From Saccostrea echinata (Eukaryota), in assembly GCF_033153115.1 (NCBI RefSeq), contig NW_026889758.1:47802001-47866000 (forward strand): 64,000 nt of DNA, given 5' to 3'. The notes beneath the pieces are model-generated. The model saw only the letters and a program-made list of their open reading frames with translations, made no database searches and was not told the DNA's origin. A program made the position numbers and the translations under genes. Positions 12,923-24,355 of the stretch are shown here, one piece after another (position 1 is the stretch's first letter; each line of letters begins with the position of its first letter).

Positions 12923-15712
12923 GCTTCTGTTTGTGACATTTTATAAATGTCCTTGTTATGTTGACATTCTATTTGATTTGTTTTGATGTTCAGTTTAATG
13001 ACTAGAAAATTCCAGTCTTTATTAATGTTATATTAAGTAACCTGTGATGAACAAAATATTTATCAATTAAATCATATCTTTAAAAAGTTGTGTTTAGTTT
13101 TATTTTAAACTGTTTCTTTGAATATGTGTGATTTGTTTATTCCATAATTGGCTGTGAAATAGGAAATGAATATTTGCACACACTAAAAATTGGATGCATT
13201 ATAAACCTCTTTATAGCATTCTCTCTCACATTTCAATACTTGTTAAATATGTTTCGTCTTAAATTTTAGCTTTGAAAGATTCTCTTAGGTATGGAATTAC
13301 TGTTAGCATACAGAGACTTCTATCAACAGGGAAGTTGGGGCTTACTTTCTATATTATATGTGATGTTTCCATTGGGGTTCCCATCACACATTAACAGTAG
13401 TCTGTATCCAGATACAAAATGGCTTTAGTGTCCTTCTAATCTCACTTTATTGCGGAAGAATACCATATTGTGCAATTTATGACGTACTTTATATTCCAAT
13501 TCAAAAAAAAAAATTGAATGGTAACCAATACCTGTATGTGTATATGGCCAGCTGGGTCTCTCTTATATATCGGGGTGATCTAGTATAATGAATAAATAAT
13601 TTTATGATTAAAAAATTCATGGTTATAGGAATCAAGACAATTAGAATTTCAATGTTGCTCAATTCCCAGCATCAGTTTATTACATGTATTGTGTAGAATT
13701 TTAGTGTGCAATGAGAAATGTAATATTCTTTGCGTTAATGTCCCTTACATTATTTTGTAATTATTACAGCTATTTTATGTAACCTATATGTATTTGAGAA
13801 ATTAATCTTTAAAAAAAATCACCGGTAATGACATTTATAGGATTTTTGTGATAAAATTGCTTTATCTTGCTTTTCATCATGCACACGATTTTAGTTTTAA
13901 ATGTTGAGTTTCCAAGTGCAGGAGCACTTGACTTTTAGCTTTACTTGTCAAAGACATATCCAATGTTTTACTGAGCGGTCAAGAAGGACCGCGGGGTGAG
14001 ATACTGGACCTGTCGATGAGATGTTGGACCGCTATGACGTTTTTTTTTATATCACACTGTAGGTGGGATCAGATTTTATATCTTATTTACATTCGTTTGT
14101 GATCGACGATTACGGAATTGACCGAGTTAAATCCGCAGTGCAAAATTTACATCATGGAAGCCAGCGTACGATACTTCGAAAAAGAAATGTAAATATAACA
14201 AAACACTTATTGTCTGTGTTCTCAACTCAAGAGCAACGTGGGTTTTGCCGATCCCTCAAACCAAACTGTTGGCCTGAGGCCGTTTTGGTTCTTGGGTCCG
14301 ACAAAACGCATGCTGCTCTAGAACCCAGTCAATAAATGTTTCATGGTTTTCTTCATTTTTTCTTACCTATTGAAATAGAAATAGATATACAGTGTTTTGA
14401 TCAAGCATAAACAGTTTATTACGGCGTCTTTTTTTTGTCTTCTTTAAGTCTATATATGAATATATATAGTATATGTGTACTTGTTAGTTGTATAGAGCAT
14501 TTATAAATAGAGCTTAATTGAGAAACCGTGACAAAAAATTCATTTTGATACGATTAACCGGTTGGCAATTCGGTATTCGATTGCCATCCCCACTTCTTCG
14601 TGTTGGTTGCTTATTGATAAAGTTGATAGGAATTTTATAATGATAACATGGGAATCATGGTGGAAATATTTTTTTTTTTCGTCGGTTGGAGTTAGTTATA
14701 GGTAATTACATCAGTTGGAATTCTATAATTGCTGCCGTGACTTCTGATCAGCTGAGTTTACTTTTACTTCTACAGAATAGCTTTGAGCTTATTTAATTTG
14801 CAGTTTGGTGTGATACTTGGGATTCTTTACTAGCTATCAACTGACACTCTGCAAAATGCATCCCTTTTTTTGAATTTACCATTTCTGGCGACGGTGGAAT
14901 TCTGGAAATGACATTTAATTTGGTGAAACATTTTATTTTTTCCTCTGTTATATAAGTTTTATCAGCAGAATTAATTTGGTAATTTAGTCAATCAGATATT
15001 TGTTTTTTAAAGGATCTGCCTGCTGATGTTTCCATTTTATACTTAATTGAAATCAGACAGACGAGATTAATTATCTTATGGATGGTTGGTTTTGGAGACG
15101 TGTACTTCCTGATTAGTGTCAATAATACTGCTGTCTGTTTTACATGTAACATTTTTCTCATTTGATTTAAAATATATAAATTTTATATATATATTGAAGG
15201 GAATTATCTTGAGATTTTCCACGAAAACAGAACATAAAGATTGTATTTTGAAAGTATAATATTTAATACTGTAACAGAAATGGAAGTATAGATTGAAGCC
15301 TATGTACTTAAAAAAATATAAAATTATTGAAATTTGGAAAGACCCATTTATGTAACATTACAACTAAGAATGAATAAATGATTGAACAGATCTGTTGAAT
15401 TTGATATGTCGACAATGACTAATCAAAATGCACGGAGATGATGGACTTAGAGTATATAGCTAAATATATTTTATTGTATTATCAAGAACATTTTACAGTC
15501 ATAAAATTCTCTAGATAAAATAAAATTATCAAATAGAATCATGTGTCCATGTGGAATTATATTGTAATTCACACAACAAAAATCCAATTAAGGATGGAAA
15601 CAACAGTAACAACGATTGACAAAAGTCAGTATTAAAACCTTCGTCGCATTCTATGCCATCTACGCAAATGTGATTATCCAATTTTTTTCCCGTGAATTTA
15701 AAACCAAAACGA

Positions 15713-16813
15713 TTATGCCTTGGGCCAAATTGCATCAACTGCGAATAAAATGTCGGCAATATTTGCATCCAACAATTTATCATCTAAAATTTTCTCAGAA
15801 TAAAAGTTCTTTTTAATGTCATCTTTCATAATTTGGGAATCTATACTAGGTTGCACAGTAAAAAGACTATTACTTTTGCGAGTTAATTTCGGCCTAGTTC
15901 GAGTGCCTTTACCAATCATACTACCGACACTTTTGCTCCAGAATTCCGATACCCTTTCTCTGAAGCCATTTTTCCTGTTTTTCACACTAGTAAGATCTGC
16001 ATCAACGGTATCCTCCTGTTCAACCATATCTTGGAGAGGAATTGTCTCTGCGTTTTTCTGGTCGTCTGCTTCACTGAAAGAGTATGTGACGTCGTCTTCG
16101 CTGGCCTGCGTTTGAATACTTGGCACTTTCAGAACTCGTTTGTTAATATTGTCACAGGAAGCAGCCGCTTTTCTTCGTCTTTTTAGAAATGTTTGGTCGT
16201 GGCGGTAGATTCGATCCACACATGATTCAGATTTCTGTTTGATTAAATCATTCCTCTGTCTACATTTCTTACTTTGTATATCCTGTAGCCTCGCTCGTAG
16301 CAAATTTAGTTCCCTTGTTTTGGGAGCAACATGAGAGTTGTCGCTTTCTTCAATTTGTATCTGGGGAACGTCAAAACGAGTTTCGGCATAGTCACTTTCG
16401 CTGTATTGCGAGTCGCATACTGATTTTTGTTTGACCAGAGTTCCTCGACGGACCGGAACTCTTAGCGTGGTTTCCTGGTAGTCCTTGGTCGGTCGGTCCG
16501 GAAACGAGTCGACCTCAAAACTACTTTGCTTTGAAGGCATGTCGCTATCATCTTCTTCCGGTATTTCCTCAGAAGCAGATGATATAAACATGCCACCCCA
16601 GTAGGGTTGATCCGAACTGCAATGAGACTCGAAAGACCCAGAATTTTGATTAAAAAGTTGCCGCCAGCTATGATTTTTCTTGTTGTCCCCGGTTCTATAT
16701 TTTGGTGATTTGTCCGAAGTTTCGTCATCTGTCTCTGACATTTGGATTAACCATGAAAAGAGCTTATTGTATGACTCCACGGATGCGGCTTCTTTCTCTC
16801 CAGACAAAACCAT
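15713..16813 (-). CDS. Uncharacterised 366-aa, largely disordered Ser/Asp/Glu/Lys-rich protein (single coding exon)
   Basis: 1.1-kb ORF in AT-rich DNA; splice acceptor cccttctttcag 20 nt upstream of ATG (exon starts 16833); AATAAA on - strand at 15470-15475; no recognisable domain. Confidence 0.8.
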   Translation of the reverse strand: MVLSGEKEAASVESYNKLFSWLIQMSETDDETSDKSPKYRTGDNKKNHSWRQLFNQNSGSFESHCSSDQPYWGGMFISSASEEIPEEDDSDMPSKQSSFEVDSFPDRPTKDYQETTLRVPVRRGTLVKQKSVCDSQYSESDYAETRFDVPQIQIEESDNSHVAPKTRELNLLRARLQDIQSKKCRQRNDLIKQKSESCVDRIYRHDQTFLKRRRKAAASCDNINKRVLKVPSIQTQASEDDVTYSFSEADDQKNAETIPLQDMVEQEDTVDADLTSVKNRKNGFRERVSEFWSKSVGSMIGKGTRTRPKLTRKSNSLFTVQPSIDSQIMKDDIKKNFYSEKILDDKLLDANIADILFAVDAIWPKA

Positions 16814-17805
16814 TTCATTTAGGTCTGGTTCTTCTGAAAGAAGGGAAGCATAATGTTAGATCATTATTATCTGAGGTCAAAATAAGTTATTAAGTACAAG
16901 GGAAAATTATTTCCAATGTACTCATCCATTACGCCACTGATAGTCCTTCAGTCCTTCATATATGCTTAAAAATCTATATTATTTTCAATTTTGATGCCTC
17001 CTTAGTTTTCTTTAATCATGTCCTTTAATCACTAGAAATACGAAAGATTTCGTGTGATAAACAAAACAAGTAGAAAAAAGGCACAGTCGATCTGGTGGAA
17101 AATTAAAGGTATTTTTATCAGTGTATTTGTAAAAACAGAAATATTAATCAATATGAATATATGATCAATAAACAACTACTTATCATCATTTTCAGTGAGC
17201 GTATCGCAACATAATGAACTTCATATATATTATAAATGATCATTTGTTTGTCAAAGAATTCTCGGTGTATTTCACTCAACTCCCTGTGAAAACTAAGCTC
17301 GGGTAGTCTTGCACTTAATTAACCTTGCAAATTTCAGAACTATGCATGCATCCGTTCGCCTCCTCAGTGGTATTACCTTCTCAATTTTTACCAATAATCC
17401 TGATATGAATACTCCCCGCGGAAATATTGCAAGGCATTATCGTCTTTTCCTATGCGTGAGCATGTCAAGGCTTCTATGTGAAATTGTAAATATGAAGTAG
17501 CCTGGGCATAAGGGAATCCCAAGTTAGCCCTCGGGTGAATTTTACTTGTTTTTTAAAGTTGTTATGAAATGCATACTAGGCATGGTTTATACTTCCTTAT
17601 TCATAAGGTCATCATACATAGTTCTTTTATTCTGGAAACAATTACATTAATGTTTATTGCATCACACGCGCATGTTTAACATGGAACTATCTACTGAATG
17701 AAATAAATATTTTTTTTTAGTTGAAGTAACTTGAGGATTCAGTTTATTAACCAAAAAGGTAAATATCGCTGTAATGAAGTCCTTAAAAAAATGAGAAGGA
17801 GAAAT

Positions 17806-18130
17806 AAACAAGTAGTTACAAATACGAATGATCCCCTTTTCTCATATTATACCCCTCGTTATCAATACGTAACCTTGACCTTTAAATCATGAACTTGAGT
17901 CAAGGTCATGACAAGGTCATTTACAACATCAGCAAAATATGCTAAAAGTTGGACTCATTCTAATCAATAATTTATGGCCCAAGCGATCTTACCGCCCAGT
18001 GACCACAATCCAAGAGACATTTACACACCAGCAATCTAGGACCAGTCTGAACCAATTTCAATCGCGAGGCTCGTCTCGATTTTGTGACCAACAGATAGAC
18101 AGACAGACAAACCCTGTTGGAGGAGACATA
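17806..18130 (+). mobile_element. Decayed HINE-like element
   Basis: aaacaag start, gacct/aggtca motifs, (gaca)n microsatellite and terminal ggagacata resembling the 37714-39018 element. Confidence 0.4.
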
Positions 18131-18678
18131 TTTACCCACGTCTGTCTGATAAAGCCTCTGTTGAACGAATATGTTACATATTACAACGCGTAAATTGAAT
18201 TAATTTGAGAATTAGCGTTTCATACGCTCGAAAATTGATTCTGTAAATTACTGTCAGATTCAATTTATCAGTCAGGAACGCCAGAATTGATGTAGACAGT
18301 TAATACCGTTTGAATGCTAATTTTCAGAACACGGATAAATTAATCTTTTGTAATCCAGAGATTATTTTTCAGCCCTGTGTATTTAAAAGAAATTAATATC
18401 ATGCACTTGAGACTTTCATTGGATTATTTTTTATTAATGTTATACAATAGACTCAATTTAAGTAATTTACTCCTTAATGTTACACCGATGTGAACCTTTT
18501 TTTTTTTTAATTCTGTTGATTGTTTTATAAAAAGTGCATTGAATATAACAGTTCATGACATTGACTCTCTTTCTGTATGTATATAGCTATTGTTTTGTTT
18601 GTTTGGTTGGTTCTTGTCTGTTTGTTGTTGTTTATTTTTTCCATTGTTTTTTTTTTTTTTTTTTTAAATCCACAATTG

Positions 18679-18763
18679 CATATTCTGACAAAGTTGAACG
18701 GATAAATATACATGTATATTCTGACAAAGTTGAATGTATATTCTGACAAAGTTGAACGGATAA
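18679..18763. repeat. Short tandem repeat (3 copies of tatattctgacaaagttgaa)
   Basis: Direct reading. Confidence 0.8.
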
Positions 18764-21700
18764 GCATGTAAACTCGTTATTTCTAGGAATTTGCCATTTA
18801 CCTCAAACAAACAACCAACCAAACAAAGCAAAAGGGACCCCGAAAAAATAAATAAATACACTAACAAACAAAAAAGAAACAGAAAAGCAGGAACATAAAT
18901 TTTAAAAAAATGGAAAGAAAATAAAATAGATGGTGAAAATGGAATACTATAAAACAGAATAAATAGTGTTTTAAGTTTTGACAAAATTGCATCGATGTTC
19001 ATATCAAGTATCTGATAACAGACGGAGACCTGTTTACGAAATTTGCACGAATTATCAGTAGGGCTGTGTATTGAGCAAAAAAATTCAATACGATACAATA
19101 CGATATTTTATAATGCGATATGCGATATATTGGATTCTTTGACAAGTCTATGATATCAAAAAAGTCTTAAAAATCATTTAATGCATGAATTTTATAAAAA
19201 CTAATTGTTTTACAACTCATTTCAAAGATCTCGTCTCACTGTCATTACAAATTACACTTACGTATTTTGTAATAATTATCTTTGGTGATTGAAATTTCCA
19301 ATTTTTTTCACAGAATTATATGAAAAACTACTTGCCCGATACGTATTGGAAGTCATTTTTTCAATATGATGTATTCTTGAATATCGATATATCGAGTTGT
19401 AAAGTATTGCAAACAATTATCATTATTAACGTCTTCTTTATATCTTTGTGTTGAATTTATAAATTGTGTTTCTTAAAAATAAAAAAAGGGTGTCGACCCA
19501 AGTAATATTGCTCCGGGTCGTAAGCCACGTTCGGCGTTGGACATTTTAGTGGATTGACAAGACGTTTTAGTGGAAAACACGGACGTTTTAGGGGATTTAA
19601 AAAGCGGAATTTAAAAATAGGATGTGGAGATTTTAGCAGATTTAAATCAAATATACATACATGTATACCTTTCTGTTACCTAAATCTGCTGCACCCTTCT
19701 CACCTAAGGGGGGGGGGGAGTATGATTTTTGAGGATTTGGATTATTTTTAATAAATTTAATACCTAAAACTATCAAACCGGATACAAGATTTGTAGTGTA
19801 TCACGGAGGGTTTATGGGGAACAGAACGGACCGAAAACCTTTTGGCTAGCGAACATGCTCCAAAGACATCGTCAAACTATCAGATTCATCAACGCTGTAC
19901 TACAACCCGTCACAAATGATAGTCTACCTTCACTCCTTCCATATTGTTCAGCGTGCCAATAACAGATAAATATGTACAAGTATTTACCTGTACGAATATG
20001 TATGTCTTTAGAGAGATTTATTCAAGTCAAGGATAAATAACTCAACACAAATTTTGTTTTCCTAAATTGAAATATAAATGCTTATATATGTGCCTTTATC
20101 GCTAATGAATCGATATCTGTTTAGTTTAACAACTTTAAATGTTTTTAACCAAGCCACATAATTAGGTGAAAACTGGGAAAATTTCACTTTACAGTTCAAT
20201 ATTTTTTTTTTTTCAAAAGTTTTAGAAATGTATGAAGTTTTGTTACTATAAAGTTTCTTGGAACATTTACAGTTAAAATTTCCTAATTAGATTTTAATTG
20301 TAAGAAATTTTGGAAAAATATCAATGTAAGATAAGAAAATTATCGTAGACACCTCCATGGGAATTGGGAACTTAGTCATCAATCTGGCTGATGACAATCA
20401 CTGGTCAACTTTAGAATTGAAATTACTAATATCTCTGGAAAAAAAATTGCTAAAATGTTCGTGGAATTTTTGCAGGTAACCAATTTTTCATCCGCTAAAA
20501 TGTCCTCTAAAGTTCCCAATAAAAGGTTCATTCATGCCTTTAAAAATTCCTCTAAAATGCCGTGTCTCTAAAGTTTCCAAGCTAAAAGCTATTTCTGAGG
20601 GAGCACACTCATGTCATATTTCAAATTATCACATTAATATAACATGTATGAAAATATTCATTTGTACCGAGTAACGCAGCTAGAACTGCAGTTCACTGGG
20701 AAGAGAGCTACTTTAGCTCGATCTCTTGGAAGAGAGCTATGGTCCTTGCAGTTTTGATTAACACAAAAGAGTCAACGCTCTAGCGATAGTTACTGAACAA
20801 TTTAAAAAGGTCTGTTGAATGACTGAAAGTACATTGATCGTTAAGGATAGTCATGGCATTGAGTAATATTTTATCTAATGGAGGCAATAAGTAGTGAGTA
20901 CGAAAAGAAAGTAAGTCATTTTTTCCCTGTATCGATCAGAATAAAATAACTACCAACTATAAAAGAAGCTCAACGCAGAAACATAAAAGCAACCGGGTAA
21001 AAAATGATGAGGCTGGATAACCCTAATGGGTCTTCCTGCAGTAAGTCAGAAAAAACGTAGACTATCTCCTACTTCGTGTTAAGAAAACTAGTTCGAATGC
21101 AAAACTTAAAGCCATAAGGGAATAAAGGAAAGGTGTCGACATAAAATGCACTTTAAAGTCTTCATTTGAATACCGATCTGATCGATATCCATATTGATAT
21201 GAACAATACGTTTACATCGACGGTCGGAGCAATATCTGAAGAAGAAAAGAATCAATTTCATCTTCACTGAAACCTAAAAAAATTGCGTGTACAGCGGATA
21301 CGGGTGCACTAGAAGTCTATATATACTGACGGTAAAATCCTGTGATCGCGTGTATAATTTGCAATCAAGAAATACCGTCCATGAACAAGGATCGGCAACT
21401 GACATGAAAAGTATTCACAATCTTCTTAATCAGCACTGAGGTGGACGGTTGCCACGTGGTTTTGCTGTGTTGTACGTAATATAACGTTGTACAAGTTTTC
21501 AGCTGCTATATGAGGAGAATTTACTGCAGTCATTATAACCTAATAACAGTCATTAAAAAAAACAGCAACATTATTATCAAAAACCGATATCTTCTCTTTC
21601 TCCTAAAATCCATTAGCGAATTATTTTATCGTTTTCATGCATATGAACTGCTCGTGACGTATTTTCTATGTGGTGTACGTATATTTAAAAAACATACCTT

Positions 21701-23958
21701 TAAAAAAAATTGAAACAAAATAATATAATATTACAAATATAAACGTAATCTGTTGCATAGTTGGTAAGCAATCTATACACTGTATTCATTTTCATTTAAA
21801 ATTGATAATTGGTAAGCAATCTATATTCATATTCTTTAATGTTCACATTTTATTCTTAAAAAATAAAAGAAATCTAAATATCTGTACTATTTATTAATAT
21901 AAGCACACAATGCCTTAATATTTAATACCTTTAATGGAAGAAGATGGACTCTCCACTTCATCTTTATCACATTCACATCCGGTACTGCAATGGATCGCTC
22001 CCATTTATGTTATTTCACGGCTCAGAAGACAAATATTTTACTAATTCTAGACTGCATATCATATTGAATTGATAATCTATTTACAATAGGAAATAATTTT
22101 TCTCAATTGTCTTTGAAGTCTTTTTCATTTTCTACAATGTATAGATGTAGCAAAACTAACCGCCTGCGAGCCTTAGCAAAATTAGCTGCCTGCCAGCCAC
22201 ATGTGAGTCAAGAATTCAATGGTTTTTCCTTCTCAGGACGCTGAGTTCTGCAATGCCTTAAAAACTTAGATGTCAGATATAGGAATCATCTATCTGATTG
22301 GTCCTCCGAGTCAACTTTCAACTCACGCGACACTTTATGGTTCCAATGGCGTCCCGCTCTGATCAAAGGTGTCAGAAAAATTCAAAACACAGTTTTTTCT
22401 CATTCCTGAAAGTGTTCCTCCCCTTTTGAAAACCTGAAAACTTACTTTTCCTTTTAAGTTCTGTAACAATGATTATATTTTAAGAACAAAGCATCCAAGC
22501 GTCTGTGGACATAACCGGCGTCATAAATAAACGTCAAAGTTCCCAAGGGGAAACTAATCTTTTTCACACCGAAGCTAATTTGGCGCCGGAGCAAAATCCT
22601 TCGAATGGCAGGTCCTTCCTGTTTCACTCAGCATACGACATCATTCCACGCCTTGCTCACAGAGTCGTTTCTGTTGTTAATTGATGAAATGTTTTCAATT
22701 ACCTTTAACAGAAACACAGACACACCGAAGGAATATACGACACAAAAGGGAAGGAGGCCGAAGAATCTTCTATCTTATCAGTAGTTATTCTCCAGCGAAA
22801 ATCAATAGGTTTTTAAATATTAAAACCTTTTCTGTCAGTTGTCACAACATTGCTTTAGCACTAAAATAATATGAAGGACGAACTCTAATGATAACCGGAG
22901 GATATATTGATTCTCTTAAAAAACAAAATATCATGAAATATTATGTAACCCTCACGTTCAGAAAGATGCAAGTAATTTTTCATTTTGCATCACAAACGAA
23001 AATAATGTCAAAGGTATGAAATTTCAGCATCCGTTGACGAATCGTGCCTATATGACGGTACATGATGACATGGATTCATCGATTTATTGCCAATATACTC
23101 TTGCGATCAAAACCCTGTCGTGATTTGATAATTTACATCCTTTTTTACGTAGCTCGACTAGACGAAACAATTCTAGTTAGAATTACATGAAAAAATAATT
23201 AAATAAAGATTGTTGACCGATAATTATGAAGATGGAGACTGGATGGGGGTACTGAGAAATATTTAACTTCCTACGCGCTTATGTAAGTAGGGTAGATTCT
23301 TGGGAGGAAAAAGGTTGCTAGCAATAAAAAGTTATTTTAATGAGAATGATAAGGGGGCATATTCAAGAAGATAAGATCGGTTGTTTTCAGTCTGGCAGCG
23401 ATAATTTCCGTCCCCTTGCTATTACAATCTATTGTCCCTCGTAGCTCGTTTCGAAAAATAAGTCGCCGTATGACATTTGGAGAGAAAAGTATCGTTATTT
23501 CAAATCATGCGATAGTAAAACGAAGAAACGTTGACCCGTTACCGATATCATGACCATCAAAGAGTAATAGACGGCAGCGAGTGTAAAATAAATTAGATGA
23601 AGTGTTAGAACTTAACAGAAATGGTCCATTGATGTAATAGGACGTGACGGGTTAAGAATTCAAAAGATACAATAATGCTGATTATGTTCGGTAATAGGCA
23701 GGGGAATGAGAGGAGAGAAAATCATTTCGAAATCAATTTTCCGAAATGAGCTCATTTCTTATAAATGTGTCACATCATGAATTTGTTGGCTCATTTCTGA
23801 TACGTAGGTGATTTTTTTAATAAACAATGATGACCCAAAACCCTAGAAATTTGTGACGTCTCTTCTTTTTATGGGTCTCTTGTAGTACTCGGTTTAATTA
23901 CAGCAACACTGCGTATACATTGTAGAAATTTTTACATTAACAAAATAGATATATTTGC

Positions 23959-23961
<3 letters not shown>

Positions 23962-24034
<73 letters not shown>
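23962..24034. repeat. (TA)n microsatellite
   Basis: Direct reading. Confidence 0.98.
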
Positions 24035-24039
<5 letters not shown>

Positions 24040-24228
24040 AAAAAAACGACAACACGCGTTGTAAAACGTAAGTGCTTTCATTTCAAATTACTTTAAACAC
24101 TTGACGTTAAACATTGATTTTAACGTCAAAAATTGATTTTAACGTCAAATGTTTAAAGTGAAACGTCTGAAGAATTTGAAATGTAAGCGCTAACGTTTTA
24201 CAACTTGTGTTGTCGTTTTTTTTATTTA
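24033..24228. mobile_element. Palindromic MITE-like foldback between two (TA)n tracts
   Basis: Arms aaaaaaacgacaacacgcgttgtaaaacgtaagtgctttcatttcaaatt / aatttgaaatgtaagcgctaacgttttacaacttgtgttgtcgttttttt, with an inner inverted pair (ctttaaaca..ttgacgttaaa / tttaacgtcaaatgtttaaag). Confidence 0.75.
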
Positions 24229-24274
24229 TTGCCGGACCCTTTGATAATTATATAATTTATTATACATTTTTTTG

Positions 24275-24277
<3 letters not shown>

Positions 24278-24352
<75 letters not shown>
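24278..24352. repeat. (TA)n microsatellite
   Basis: Direct reading. Confidence 0.98.

Positions 24353-24355
<3 letters not shown>

Noticed and set aside
14063-14335. 90-aa ORF in a CpG-rich patch
   Set aside because: GTG start, no recognisable homology or partner exons; could be a TE remnant or regulatory DNA
18525-19098. ORFs of 63-144 aa
   Set aside because: Derived from A/T-rich low-complexity sequence and short tandem repeats
17180-22700. Upstream coding exon for the 366-aa gene
   Set aside because: Candidate minus-strand donors (~19928, ~19988, ~22446) did not give a phase-compatible ATG-initiated exon; first exon left unassigned
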